The position numbers and the translations under genes were made by a program. 64,000 nt of DNA from the human T2T-CHM13v2.0 reference genome, Homo sapiens. Positions 12,136-28,024 of this stretch are shown piece by piece; positions within the stretch are counted from its first letter, which is position 1, and every line of letters begins with the position of its first letter. Location: NCBI RefSeq assembly GCF_009914755.1, contig NC_060925.1. One strand, 5' to 3'. The notes beneath the pieces are model-generated. The model had not been told where the DNA came from, ran no database searches, and was given only the letters and a program-made list of their open reading frames with translations.

Positions 12136-12480
12136 ACAGTGTAGCATTATTGTTCAGCTCATGATTTCTAGAGACAAACTGTGGCTTCAAATCCACAGTG
12201 ACTATGGGAGAGGTATTTAACTTCTCTGTGCCTCAGTTTCTTCATCTGTAAAGTGACCATAATAATGGCATTTAGGCTTGGCGTTGTGGAGGAGGTTGCA
12301 GTGAGCTGAGATCGTGCGACTGCACTCCAGCCTAAGTAACAGAGTGAGACCTTGTCTCAAAAAAAAAAAAAAAAGGTATTTATCTCTTTAGTTTGTTGTG
12401 AAGATTAAATGAGATATATAACAAGAGCTGAGAACTGTGCCTGGAACACAGAAGTGTTTGCTTTATTAAGTTTAAAGCAT
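12136..12480 (+). mobile_element. MIR SINE interrupted by a collapsed Alu
   Basis: MIR core TTTAACTTCTCTGTGCCTCAGTTTCTTCATCTGTAAAG, resuming TTGTTGTGAAGATTAAATGAGAT after the insert. Confidence 0.85.
12275..12374 (+). mobile_element. Internally deleted Alu (5' start fused to right-arm end)
   Basis: GGCTTGGCGTTGTGG joined to AGGAGGTTGCAGTGAGCTGAG..A tail; TSD-like AATGGCATTTA / AAAGGTATTTA. Confidence 0.85.
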
Positions 12481-12539
12481 TACTTTTTTCTGTCTCAGAT
12501 CTTTTCCATAGATACTGATAATCATATCTTATATGTCTA

Positions 12540-12742
12540 TAGCTTTTTACGATTTCCAAAGCATTTCCCTATGTATTTACTCATTTCAGGCAGGTGGGTC
12601 ATTTTTATTAGGCCCATTTTACAGATGGGTGAATGGAGTCACAGAGATTATGCGTATGTCCAAGGTCACATGGATATTAACAAGGCAGAGACCTAAACCC
12701 AGCTATTTGAAGACAAATTCAATGCACTTTCTGTTATGCCAC
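12540..12742 (-). mobile_element. MIR SINE
   Basis: CCCATTTTACAGATGGGTGAA..CCAAGGTCACATGG. Confidence 0.8.
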
Positions 12743-12959
12743 ATTGACATATTTGGAAGCAAAAGTTTTGACATCATGGCAAAATGAACATGTCTCAGAG
12801 TTGATTCTGTTTATGTGTATTCCTGATTCCCAAAAGCTGAGTCTACCTATAGGTATTATCCAGTATACTTGCCTGGGTAGGTGTAAGAAGTATTTGACTT
12901 CCTGACTCATATGTAATTTCTGTACTATTCCAGAAGGATCACAATTTATTCCATTACTA

Positions 12960-13155
12960 TTGAATGACCCAGTAATTATACTTCTAGGAATATACCCAAG
13001 AAAAGAATCTTTAGCAGTGAAAGAAAAAAAAATAGTTGTATAACAAAAGATACTAATTTAAAGTTATATATAATAGCCAAAGAAGCAACAAATAATCTAA
13101 ATATACTTGGCATAGGATCAGTTAAGTAAACTCTCACACATCAACTTAATGAAAT
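12960..13155 (+). mobile_element. L1M fragment
   Basis: TGACCCAGTAATTATACTTCTAGGAATATACCCAAG, typical of L1 3' ORF2/UTR. Confidence 0.6.
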
Positions 13156-13164
13156 AATGATGAT

Positions 13165-13335
13165 GATAATAACTATTGTATATTGAGCATCCAGTATGTG
13201 CAATGCATTTTACTATCTCCTTTCAAATGGCATCTCTTTTGATTTCCTAAGAGTTAGGCATTACTGTCACCCCATTACACAGATAATGCCCCAAAGCCAA
13301 GGTTGTGTGCCCAAAGTGACAGATACGGCTAATGA
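13165..13335 (-). mobile_element. MIR SINE
   Basis: TATTGAGCATCCAGTATGTGC..CCCCATTACACAGAT..GTGCCCAAAGTGACA. Confidence 0.6.
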
Positions 13336-13364
13336 CTCATCCTTCAACCTTTCTTGCTTCTTTA

Positions 13365-13870
13365 TTGCCAAGGAGCCCTGATTTTGCTTGAGAAAAAAGT
13401 ACCCAGCCCCAGAAGATAAATCAAGAATAGTCCAAGCTGATAAGAGCACTTCCAATCTCCTTGCAAGTACTAAGTCTAGGGATGGGCATGTGGTATAATT
13501 CTTGTCAATAAGATTTAAGAATAAATTTTCTTGGGCTTCTTGAAAATCACTTCCTCAAGTCTTTTTTAATTTTCTTTTTTCCTGCTCCCTTTTTTCTTGC
13601 CTTTGAACATTTTTATGAGAGTAGATGATGCTGGAGGCTGAAGCAGCCATTTTGGGATCATGAAGGGATTAGAAGCAAATGATGAGAATGACAAAGTAAA
13701 CAAGAAAAGTAATCTAGGCCCCCAGTGGCTGCAATTAGCCAACAAGCTACCCTGGTATTGCCTGCTGCCTTTTGGGTTTTCTTTGTTTTTTGTTTGTTTT
13801 GTTTTTTAATAGAAGCAATACACATCCTTTTGAGATAAATCACTACTCATCTACTGTTTAGTACTAAAAC
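13365..13870 (+). mobile_element. ERVL LTR (LTR16-like)
   Basis: CTAGGGATGGGCATGTG and GATGCTGGAGGCTGAAGCAGCCATTTTG motifs. Confidence 0.5.
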
Positions 13871-13876
13871 CAATTA

Positions 13877-14740
13877 TATTAGGTAGGATTTGATAAAGCT
13901 GTGAGTGACATAAAAACACCATCCCCGCCCCTCTGCCACACACACACACATACACACACATACTAACTTGAACTTAAACACCTTTTAAAGTCTCTGATAT
14001 GGTTTGGCTCTGTGTCCCCACCCAAATCTCACCTTGAATTGTAATCCCCATAATCCCTACATGTAAAGGGAAGGACCTGAAGGGAGATGATTGGATCATG
14101 GGGGTGGTTTCTCCCATGCTGTTCTCATGATAGTGAGTGAGTTCTCATGAGATCTGATGGTTTTATAAGTGTTTGACAGTTCCTCCTTCAGACTCTCTTG
14201 CCTGCCTCCACGTTAGAAGTACCTGCTTCCCCTTCTGCCATGATTGTAAGTTCCCTGAGGCCTCCCCAACCATGCAGAACTGTGAGTCAATTAAACCTCT
14301 TTCCTTTACAAATTACCAGTCTTGGGTAGTTCTTTAGCAAGGTGAAAACTGACTAATACAGTCTCTCTCATAAAAAGTCTATGACAGGCAGTCTGGCACA
14401 AATATGGCATTCCACGAAGTCCTGAGAGACCCAGGCTTTTCTGGCTTTTCATTCCCCGATCCCAGGATTGTGCCCACCACAGGGACCAATACGGCTACTT
14501 GATTTCCAGCATTCTAGCCAACAGAAAGGAGGAAGGAGCAAAGAAGAACATGTGCCCTAACTTTTAAAATAAGCCAGAAAGTTTCACACACCATTTTATT
14601 CACATCACATTGGATAGAACTGCTAGCTGCAGGAAAAGCAAGGAAACGTCATCTTTATTCTGGAAGGTCATGTACTCAGCTAAAAATCAGTGATTCAATC
14701 AGTGGGGAAAAAAGTAAAGAACATGCAGAGGGAAACACAT
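13877..14740 (-). mobile_element. Old MLT1/LTR33-like LTR hosting the THE1 insertion
   Basis: GAGACCCAGGCTTT..CACATCACATTGG..CTAGCTGCAGGAAAAGCAAGGAAACGTCATCTTTA. Confidence 0.5.
13995..14360 (+). mobile_element. THE1 (THE1C/D-like) MaLR solo LTR
   Basis: TGATATGGTTTGGCTCTGTGTCCCCACCCAAATCTC..GACTAATACA; 5-bp TSD GTCTC on both sides. Confidence 0.95.
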
Positions 14741-15497
14741 GGCAGCTGATGAATCCATATCTGTCTGACTTTAAAGCTATGCACTTACTGCTATATTCCA
14801 CTGTCTCTTGTGGCTAATTATACTATATAGTGATGTGGAAAATGTTATATTATTTTCCATCCTTTAAAACTATTCACAATTAAAATATAAAAAGAAAAAT
14901 GCTTTTAATATGTTAAACAGGATAAAATTATATAATATATACAGGTAAAATTATGATTTCAAAAGAGTCAAAGGAGTGGTTGTATTTGAATTTAGGAACA
15001 TGAATGTATCACAGATTTCTTCCTACTTTTCTCTATTATTAAGGCTTCTTTAATAAGGAAGTAATCATTTTGTAATAAAAATATCTTATACTTACCTATA
15101 TATCATATTAAAATCATATAAACTACTTAGTCACTGAAGCTTTTTATATATAGCCATGAAGCAGAGTCTGTAAGTGGTGGATTTTATGTAGAAGAAAAAT
15201 GATAAATAGCATGTCATTTGATGCTTCATAATTTTTGGTTTTTCACTTTCTGGGTCACAGATTTCTCAAAGAGTTTTCATTCTTTCCACACTTTAGTTAG
15301 GTGATTGAGGAAGGTGTCAGGCTACTGAGACATGGGAAAAGATGATGTGGAGGAATTAAATTCTTCTTTTCTTTTGGTTGAGTATACAAAATACAGAGTA
15401 TGATTTCATAGTCCTTCTCCTGTGTGTATTAACCTCTGTCTGCTATGGGCAGTATTGAGAAGATATTGAGAAGATATCGTCATTGGCATTCAAATGA

Positions 15498-15827
<330 letters not shown>

Positions 15828-17344
15828 TAAATATACTTTCATATATACTGATTTAATAAAATCAGTGCTAGGAATTGATGGAGTGGTTAGAATCAAGAAA
15901 TTTGAAAAAAAGGGAAAAAAGAATTGCTGGTTGGTAGTGATTAAGTGATTAAGGAATATATTGAGGGTGCTAGGATTACTACATTACTAGAGGAACATTA
16001 TAAATATAACATGTCAGTTCAAGAGCTCTTCTTCTCCATTTGGTGAGTGCACATGCACAGTTGGCTTATGTGGCATCTAGAGGGCCAGCAGCACATATCA
16101 AGGAGGTGTAGATCCCAGGATTGTCCTGTAGTATAGGTGATGCATAGCTTAAGAAGTTATGTTCTATATGTGGTTTAAGCTATACTTTTTCTGTCTTTAA
16201 TATGTACTTGCTTGCTGATTTTTTAAGAGGAAAAGGGACAAAAACAACATTGAAAATTATTTAAACCAGTGAAGTTAAGTGTAATTCTAATACAACAGAT
16301 AAAAATCCGTATTTTATCTCTTAAATTATTAGGATGATAAAGCTAATTTTTGCGTGCTTGATTGTTTTGTATTCATTATCCAGTCCAATAAATTGAGTAT
16401 ACAAATTTTACTCTTACTCAACAAGAAACCTATGGCTCATTTTTAGTAATTTATTTACATTCAAAGGTTCAGTAGGAATTTCATATCTGAATATGCTCTA
16501 GAGAAGATATCTTTTTTATTTAGTTTCCAAACTATGTAATTCAAGAACTGTAAAGTGGTTGAGGCTACAATTAAAGATATGGCTTCTCAATGGCAACACA
16601 GAAAAAAAGTTACCTGGAAAAAAAAATTAACAAAAATATGAGCAAACACTATATGACGGAAGTTCAAAAACTACTGAAGAACAAAAAACACTTGCATAGA
16701 TAGAGACCCATACAATGTTCTTGGATGAGAAGATATATCATAAAGATGTCAATTATCCTTAACTTTACCTGTAGCTATTATGTCATACTAATATAAAACG
16801 TTAATCAAAGTATTTCCAGAACAAGATAAGCTGATACCAAATTGTTTATATGAAAAAATAAACAATCAAATAGAGCCAGGAAGTCTTAAAAAGAAAAACA
16901 CTAAAAGGGAACTAGATCTTCCAGTTATTAAAACATCCTATAAAGCTTCAATAATTAAAGTATTATAATATTGGCATGCATACACACACACAGAGAGAGA
17001 GAGAAGGAAGGAGAGAGATAGAACAATAATTTGAATCTATAACTCATCTATACCATAAGTCAATATTTTTTAAAATAACCCAATAAAACATGGGTAAAGG
17101 AAATGTACAGCTATCTCATAGAAAAGAAAATACATTTAAATAAAACAAAAAATGGTTGATCTCACTCATAATCTGAAAAATACAAATCGAAATCACCCAA
17201 ACTTTTTTCATGTATCAGATTGGCAAAGATCCAAAAGTTGGATAACACCCTATGTTGGTGAAGGTTTGGAGAAACTAAATCTCTTCCACTTCCATAGAAA
17301 TAAATTTGGCAATAGCAGAAAAAATAAATAAATTTTAAAAATCG

Positions 17345-17947
<603 letters not shown>

Positions 17948-18324
17948 TCATACAAACATACAAATCTTCTGAAACTGAAATTATGCTTCTAGGAATTAAT
18001 TTGAGAATCTATTTAGGATTATACACATACATGTGAAAAACTACATATATATAGGATGCCATTACAGTGTGTGTGTGTATAAAAGCAAAAGATAGGAAAG
18101 AACCTAAATAGGAAGACATCAATAGAAGACAGTTTAAACACGTAATGGAACAACCATATAATGTAATAATTTATCCAAATATGAAAGAAAAAAAACTTCA
18201 TGTATAAATACTAAACATTTTTTAATTTATATTAACAACAACAACCAAAAAAACAAGATGCAAAACAGTATGTATAGCATGCTACATTTATGTTTTTAAA
18301 ATGGAGTTTGGGGAGAACATCTTG

Positions 18325-18482
18325 ACTCAGGCCTGTAATCCTAGCTACTGGAGAGGGTCAGGGGGCTGAGGCAGGAGGATCTCTTGAGTCCAGGAGTTAG
18401 AGGCTACAGGGAGCTATGATCGTGCCACTGCATTCTAGCCTGGGCGACAGTGAGAACTTGTCTCTTAAAAAAAAATAAAAAT
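18325..18482 (+). mobile_element. FRAM / AluJ right monomer
   Basis: Right-arm sequence only: GGAGGATCTCTTGAGTCCAGGAG..GAGCTATGATCGTGCC plus A tail. Confidence 0.85.
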
Positions 18483-18786
18483 AGGATGGAATATATACAT
18501 TTGTATAGAATATCTTTGTAAAAGTACCCAAGAAAGTAACAAAGTTGTTTATCTCCAGGGAAGAACATTGGGTGGTTAGGGGACAGAGGTAAAAAGAGAG
18601 ACTTCTCATACTTTTTATATCTTTTGAATTAGAACCTTTTGAGGTCATCACTATTCAAAAAATAAACTAAAATATAACAAATTTTAAACACCTTAGCTTG
18701 TAACTCACAGTCATACCCCATAAGTGTGGCTCTTTCAGGCACATATTTTCTAACTGAAGGGAGAGTGGCTCACCTCTCTTCAAACC

Positions 18787-19228
<442 letters not shown>

Positions 19229-19232
19229 TTTT

Positions 19233-19372
19233 CAGTGGTATCGTGTTGTTAGCTTGAAATCTACTTTAGTGAGAGTATTTATCCCAAGGAAATAGGAAAC
19301 GCTACACATCAGGGCTTTATTATATTGGTGGGGGGCAAAGGTGGAGCCAGTAGTAAGACCAGCACACCACTG
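19233..19372 (+). mobile_element. MER63-like (hAT-Blackjack) relic
   Basis: TAGCTTGAAATC..GAGTATTTA..AAACGCTACACATCAGGGCTT and terminal ACCAGCACACCACTG. Confidence 0.7.
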
Positions 19373-20990
19373 GCTTAAATGTTCTACCTTTTGCCATGAT
19401 TTTCTTTACAACTTTCAAATTACTTGACATTACTTTTCTAAAACATGGATTGATATTTATTTGACAGTGAAGCTGATGAAAGATGCACAATAAGGAAAGA
19501 TAAGCATAATGTGAGTTGAACGCTAATAACTAAAAGTGTATCCTCATCTTGGTGCACAACCCATGACACCCACTGAGAAGACCAAGATCAGATCATGGAG
19601 CTGCCACTCACTGTGTCTTCCCAGTTTAATTGGACAAAGAATTTTCTCTGTTTCCTTTTTAGACAATTACATAAAAGCTAAAGAAGTAAAATTAAGCAGA
19701 TTTGCAAGCTTATTTTGTCTCCTTGTATCATATAGTGCATTTCATTTAATATTTGCCTGTTTTATTAATAATTGAAAGCCACTTTGCAACATACAGGCAT
19801 GCAGAATAACTTTTGAACCTATGGGAATTAATGTCTAGTGAGAATGGTCTAGGAATAATAAAAGTTATGATATAAAAACCCTGATCAGCTATTTTACAGT
19901 TTAACTATTCCCTGTAGATATTTTCCTCACATTATTACCCTCCTTTCACTTGAAATTCATATATCAAATTCATGTCAATATTATAGCTTGATAGGTAGCA
20001 AACTACTTAAAAAGATATGTATATATTTTTAGATACAATTAAGTTAACCTTTTAAAAATATAAAGAAAGAAAAAGCAGAATGTCATTACACATCTTCAAA
20101 AAGAAATTACTTTGAATGTAGAGAAGAGATATGTAATGTTTAACATCATTCTGTGTTAAACTTTTAAAAGTCCCGATTAGGATTCTCTCCTATTGAGATT
20201 TTTCTCTGGGAGGGAGATTTTGTTTTTTTAGGAATGTTTGTATTTTTTCTGCTTTAAAAACAGTTTCTACTTATGTAAATATGCCTACCTTGCTATTACC
20301 TGTGTCAGTAATGCCCAGAGGAAAGTCTATTTCGAATATACACATTCTCCATATTTGGAAACTGTAAATTAAATCAGATATTTTTGTCTGTTTGTTATTA
20401 CAATTCTAGGGTAAGTTCGCCCAAGGGCAGAGCTAACACAAGCGCACCTCCTTATACTGCTATGATGCCCTGATTTACCCTATTTGAGGGAATAGTATTG
20501 ACCGTTTGGAGCCACCTCTGGCTACAGTATTTCTCTGGCTATCAGGTTAATGGATCTGTTTGGGTGGTATTAAAATCAAAATGATCTTTAAATTGCATCT
20601 GGCTGCAAAATTTGCAAAAGCAAAATATAAAATCTATACATGAAAATCAGAATGTTTTCATTCAATAAAGTCGAATTCAGCATTTAATCTGTTAGGTACT
20701 ATTAGGATCACCAATAAAATACCAACCTGGTTCTGCTCTTTAGGAACCACAAAAACAATGCAGATCATTTCCTCACTTGAGTTTGTCACATAGACTTCCT
20801 CAACCAGTTTCCCTCATCACAAAGTGTTGTCAGTCGCAGCTGTAGTCTGAGTTTAACCCCCCAAAATTCATATGTTGAAACTTACTCCCCAATGAGATAA
20901 TATTAAGAGGGGGAGTCTCAGGGAGGAGTTTAGGTCGCCTCCTACACCAGCCCTCATGAATGGGATTAGTGTCCTTATAAAAGCGGTCGA

Positions 20991-21716
<726 letters not shown>

Positions 21717-21925
21717 TCAACCTCCCGACCTCCAGAACTGTGAGAAATACATTTCTATTATTTATAAATTAACCAGTTTTAGATATTTAGTTAGAGGAGC
21801 CTGGATGAACTAAGAGAGTTGGAGAAAAGAAGCAAGATACAACTGGTGCCAAAATGAGTGATCCCATGAGTGCTATAGGAATTAGATAGAAGGTAGCTGA
21901 GATTCTTTAGAATAGAAACTGACCC

Positions 21926-22224
21926 GGCCCGGCGCGGTGGCTCACGCCTGTAATCCCAGCACTTTGGGAGGCCGAGGCGAGTGGATTCAGGAGGTCAGGA
22001 GATCGAGACCATCCTGGCTAACACGGTGAAACCCCGTCTCTACCAAAAATACAAAAAATTAGCCGGGCGCTGTGGCAGGCGCCTGTAGTCTCAGCTACTC
22101 GGGAGGCTGAGGCCGGAGAATGGCATGAACCAGGGTGGCGGAGCTTGCAGTGAGCCAAGATAGTGCCACTGCAGTCCGGCCTGGGCGAAAAAGTGAGACT
22201 CCGTCTCAAAAAAAAAAAAGAAAA
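21926..22224 (+). mobile_element. AluY (Yk-like) SINE
   Basis: Y diagnostics plus CTGCAGTCCGGCCTGGGCGAAA; TSD AGAAACTGACCC / AGAAACTGGCCC. Confidence 0.93.
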
Positions 22225-22349
22225 AGAAACTGGCCCTTATTCATATTGGTAGTCTGAACACCTGGAATATTTCCTGGCATATAATAAAGACTCAATAAAC
22301 ATCTATTGATTGCAGGATTAAAGTAAATAAGTGGTTCATTGTTGGCTGA

Positions 22350-22930
22350 TGCAGAGGGAAAACCTTATGGATAAAATAGAATTTTAACTCTATCTTGAAG
22401 GATGGGCAGGATTTGTATTAATGAGGAGAATAGGAAAGGATACTATAAGTGAGGAAAATAGCAGATGCTAAACTCCAGAGAAGTAAGAAGGGTGTTTTAA
22501 GAGGGCGATGAATAAGATTTCCAGGCCAGTGCTAAGAGCACATGGAGCCAAAAGTAAAACCTAAATGTTGCTAGAAAAGGTGAAAAAAGATTTACGAAGA
22601 GCCTTAAAAACTAAGCTGAGGAGTGTGGAGTTTATTAGGTAAGTAAATGAGCAGTGGAGGAAAGACATGATGAAAAATGCTGTTTGAGGGAGCTAACCTG
22701 GCAGTGGTGGGAGGATAGAATCCCAGGAGGGAAGTATGAGCTGTGACCCCACAAGGGGAGGTGCATGCAGCAAAGCAGCTGTTGCTATAGTGCAGAGGTG
22801 AAGGACAGTGGAAAGAAGGGAGGAACTGATTTGGGAGAAACTGGAAAGTAAGAATCCAGAGCATTTGGTGACTTTTAATATGAAGCATGAGAGGCAGGGG
22901 CCAGGAGAATAGGATAAAGTTGGTGCTAGT
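22350..22930 (-). mobile_element. L2 LINE fragment
   Basis: Purine-rich reverse L2 (TCTTGAAGGATGGGCAGGATTTG..GACATGATG..CCTGGCAG). Confidence 0.6.
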
Positions 22931-23179
22931 AACGGACTGCAGAAAGAATAAGCAGCATGTTTCAGTTGCGCCCTGTGGCATTCTTCTGGGAATAATTGTG
23001 TTATCTGTTGCCATGAATTGTCCAATATATATTGGGTGCAATTAGGTACTTATTGAATGCTTATCTTTTGTCCAACTATGCCAGGAGCTATGGGAAATAT
23101 AGAAAAAGTAAGTCAATAACATGAACATCTTCAAAATGCTGGCATTATTTTTTATTGTTGTATTGTTATTTTAAAAACA

Positions 23180-23242
23180 TTTTTGAACCACTGTTGGTTG
23201 AATCTATAGATGCGGACCCCATGGATGGGGAAGGCTGACTGT
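23180..23242 (+). mobile_element. MER2/Tigger terminal fragment
   Basis: GTTGGTTGAATCTATAGATGCGGACCCCATGGATGGGGAAGGCTGACTGTA. Confidence 0.75.
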
Positions 23243-23244
23243 AC

Positions 23245-23395
23245 TATAATTTCTCCTCAGTTTACTTACACAAACAGTGACTCTGACAGTGGCAAATTAA
23301 CTTGCCCAGCATAACAAAGCCAGTAAATAGTAGACTCAGAAATAAAATCCCAGCAGTCTAAAGCCCAAAGTCTGCAGTTTCACCATCACACCATA
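23245..23395 (-). mobile_element. MIR SINE
   Basis: TAACTTGCCCAGCATAACAAAGCCAGTAAAT..CCCAGCAGTCT. Confidence 0.6.
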
Positions 23396-23675
23396 CAGGA
23401 TTTACTGTATGGAAGTAGTTAATAAGGTTAAATGACACTAAATATTATTGAGGAACAAAACCTGTGGTATCATGAAATTTGTTTTAGGGCAGGAGGAAGA
23501 GATGAGGCTCACAAGAGAAACTGTATACGCAATAACATGCCCAAGGTCACTGACAAAAAGGCATAAATCTGGGCTAGATGATGGCTACAGGGTTGAATGC
23601 CAGGAACAGTGTTGTCACTCAATATGCACTGGGATCAATCAATTAAATACTTATAGATCACTGATCATACATCTA

Positions 23676-23713
23676 GTAGTGACAGGCCTAGCACCTGGTA
23701 GTGACAGGCCTAG
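23676..23713. repeat. 16-bp direct repeat, 22-bp period
   Basis: GTAGTGACAGGCCTAG x2. Confidence 0.9.
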
Positions 23714-23877
23714 AAGTTGAGGATGAATATACCCTCTTCTCACATTTTCCAGGCTTCAGCTTTATCTTCATACCAGTACAGGCCCAGGATACAGTTCATT
23801 CAGGCATGCACCATATTTCAGATCAACTCAAGCTGCCCCTTCCTCAAGGTGGCACAAATTCAAAAGTATTCCTGTGA

Positions 23878-24191
23878 TTTTATTATTATTATTATTTGTA
23901 TTTTTTTTGAGACAGGGTCTGGCTCTTTCACCCAGGCTGGAGTGCAGAGGCAGTAGCTCAGCTCACTGCAACCTCCACCTCCTGGGCTCAAGCAATCCTC
24001 CCACCTCAGCTACCTGAGTAGCTGGGACCACAGGTATGCACCACCACACCAGCTAATTGTTTTGTATTTTTTGTAGAGATGGGGTTTCACCATGTTGCCC
24101 AGGCTGGTCTCCAACTCCTGAGTTCAAGTGGTCCGACTGCCTCAGCCTCCCAAAGTACTGAGATTACAGGCGTGAGCCACCATGCCTGGCC
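23878..24191 (-). mobile_element. AluJ SINE with (TAT)n tail
   Basis: CTGGGCTCAAGCAATCCTCCCACCTCAGC J diagnostics. Confidence 0.93.
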
Positions 24192-24345
24192 TTGATCTTC
24201 ATCATACTCAGCTTCATCATGTTCAGCCTTATTACTCTGGGACAAAGCCTCTAGAAGCTCTAAGTGACACGAGCAGTGTAGTATTTTTAGTACATAGGAT
24301 GAGCTGGAGAAGAAATAGAACAGAGTTTAGAAAGATAAATACCTG

Positions 24346-24643
<298 letters not shown>

Positions 24644-25554
24644 AGAAAGGTAAATGCCTAGCACTCTATATGATGCACGCCTGGTATGCAATAAATAGTT
24701 GTTAAAAGAAGAAAGAAACTTTAAAGAAGATATTCTGATAATCCACATTTGAGGAGAGAAGGACTCTTGCTGGTAGAAAAGGAGAATTAAGAATGAATCA
24801 AAAGAGCTTTCACAGGAAAAATCAACATAATAGATTGCATGTATGGTAATGGAAAAAGAAAAGTCATAGACTACACCAACTTTTGAACCTATATACTGTG
24901 TTTGAGAAATTATATAACTGATAGAGATTCTGAGAATTAGAAGTTTCATTAGGGTAGGAATTCTCTCTCTTATTATCTATGGTAATCTAGAAACTAGCCA
25001 CATGCTTAGTTCATAGTAGACAAGCAATTAATAATTAGGGTGCTGAATAAATAATGTATTCATCTTAAGAAGAAAACCAAACTCTCATAATCCTCAAGCT
25101 GTGAGTCTCAACTCAGAGCAGTGACATTTACTGCTGGGAACCCACGTCTTAATGAGCCACTCTTACAGGAGGAACTTTGTTATATCCTTTAATAAGTTAG
25201 ATCGGGGGAAAAAAACAGAGACAGGGAGATGTTTGAGGACCACTGTACTAGCACAAATGCCTAGTGGCATTCTTGATTTCAGGTTAGGGCTAGGATCGTG
25301 TCTAGAATGAAGGGCCTATATTAGTTATTGGCTGGATTCCTGAAACCAACTCCAAGATGAATTTATCAGGAAGGTCAGTGGACCCCTCACTTGCATAAGC
25401 CCCTAAATTTCTTAAATTTTTATATACTTTAGACACCATAAAACCTGGACCTACCACTAAACCACTGGTCATATACTTAGGTCTAACTGGCATAAAAAAT
25501 GATTTGAATTTCCCTCTTGCCTTTTCATCATCCCAAATAACTGAAGTCTGCATC

Positions 25555-25750
25555 CTAAGCTTGGAATTAAAACTAAATTCGAATTTTAGTCATGCCTTTA
25601 CAAGCTCCATGGCTTTAATATACTATTTAATTTCTCTGAGTTCAGTTTTCTCATCTGCAAAATGGGAATATGAATAACTACCCTTCAGCGTTAGTATAAG
25701 CTTAAATGTGCATAGGAGTTCAATAAATTCAGCTCCATTATTATTAGTAC
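25555..25750 (+). mobile_element. MIR SINE
   Basis: TTTAATTTCTCTGAGTTCAGTTTTCTCATCTGCAAAATGGG. Confidence 0.75.
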
Positions 25751-26176
25751 TTAGCACAACGATAATTCTACTCATTTTTCATGTTCAAAATATTATACAT
25801 AATTGTCATTTTGTTATAAACTCTCAGAGCCCCAATAAATAAGGTTACCCTAATGTTTCCTCTACTTTACTTTTCCAGTTATCCTGCTAGGAGGAATCCT
25901 GGAAATAATGATTTGCAAGAGTTATGTACCAGATTCAGAACATACATTTTCTTTTTTTTAACTTCTATTCTCTCAGTATCTGCTGAGTATGAATATAAAC
26001 GTAAGCACTAAGCTTTTATGAATAATATCTGAGCTGCAGAGATTACTGTTTCACCAGGTTATTCCAAGCAATTTTTCAGGCTGAACAAAAACCAAATTTA
26101 TCATATAATTTAGTGGTCATTTTTTTATCATCTGGAAACCAAAAAAAAAAAAAAAAGCCATGAACACCAATGAATA

Positions 26177-26484
26177 GGCCTGCCTGGTGGCTCAAGTCTG
26201 TAATCCCAGCACTTTGAGAGGCCGAGGCAAGAGGATCACTTGAGCCCAGGAGTTTGAGACCAGCCTGAGCAACATAGTGAGACCTCACCACTACAAAAAA
26301 TAAATGTAAAAAATTAGCCAGGTGTGGTGACACATGCCTGTGGTCCCAGCCACTCGGGAGGCAAAGGTGGGAGGATCACTTGAGCCCAGGAGATCAAGGA
26401 AGGCCACAGTGAATCGTGACTGAACCACTGAACTGTAGTCTGGGCCACAGAGTGAGACCCTGTCTCAAAAAAAACAACAAAAAA
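26177..26484 (+). mobile_element. AluJ SINE
   Basis: GGATCACTTGAGCCCAGGAG in both arms; TSD CCAATGAATA brackets the Alu plus STR. Confidence 0.93.
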
Positions 26485-26485
26485 T

Positions 26486-26519
<34 letters not shown>

Positions 26520-26540
26520 ATCTATCTATCTATCTATCTA
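26486..26540. repeat. Compound tetranucleotide STR [TCTA]8 TCA [TCTA]5
   Basis: Counted directly. Confidence 0.95.
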
Positions 26541-26630
26541 TCCCAATGAATAAATGAACATACTTCTGTACTGTAACAATTACTAACTAAAGAGTGGTTA
26601 GAATTTTATTATTTGCCTAATCATATTTTA

Positions 26631-26946
<316 letters not shown>

Positions 26947-27675
26947 TGGACTCTAACATAGTTTTTACTGAGGGGAGGGCTCTCACATTCTTTTGCTCTT
27001 AAGTATGTTCCTCTGAATTTGTCTTCCACTTTACCTACTCACATCATTCTGGCATAGGAAGAAAGAAATTAGGCCAAATCTTCCCCAAATATTTAAAGTC
27101 TGCAGGCTTCTTTTCCTTGCAGTTATACTTAAGGGTCCTTTAATTTTAAAGAAAATAAAATACCGAGAGCTACTCTGAATTCCAGAAGCATTTAGATTAA
27201 TTTTATCTGAACAATCTTAATATCAGCTACATGCATTGAAAGCATAGTCTTACAAATGTGTGTAAACTATAATTTATTCTATTACAGAGCTTAGTGTTCA
27301 TTATTCTGGAAATAACTCCATATCCAGCTCCCTCCTCCCACCCACACCCTCACACTAGGAGTCCAAGGGGCACCAGCAGTGAATCACTGTTTTAGGTACT
27401 TGAGAATCTGTGGTCAGGTTGTCTTTGCCCATTTGTGTGAGTCTTGACGCCTTCCTAGCCTAAAAGAAAATAGAACATAAAGAAGGAAAGCACCTGGGCT
27501 ACGTTTAGATCATGGGGTCTCCAGACAAAGCCTCACTATGAACATATGAGGACAATCTCCTTTTCTAGACTATCGTCAACCCAAATTTGAATTCTGGTTG
27601 TGCTGTTTATTAAAATGTGGGTGTCATCTAACCAAAATGGGCTTCATAATCTTCTTTATCTGCTAATTACAAGTT

Positions 27676-28024
<349 letters not shown>

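Noticed and set aside
16550-17340. L1 ORF2-like coding sequence
   Set aside because: Heavily frameshifted ancient L1; no open frame
20505-20530. CTCF-like CCAGAGGTGGCTC (also weak sites near 10462 and 16073)
   Set aside because: Three or more core mismatches; expected by chance
22604-23041. 145-aa minus-strand ORF
   Set aside because: Lies largely in an L2 relic, has no recognisable domain and no exon context
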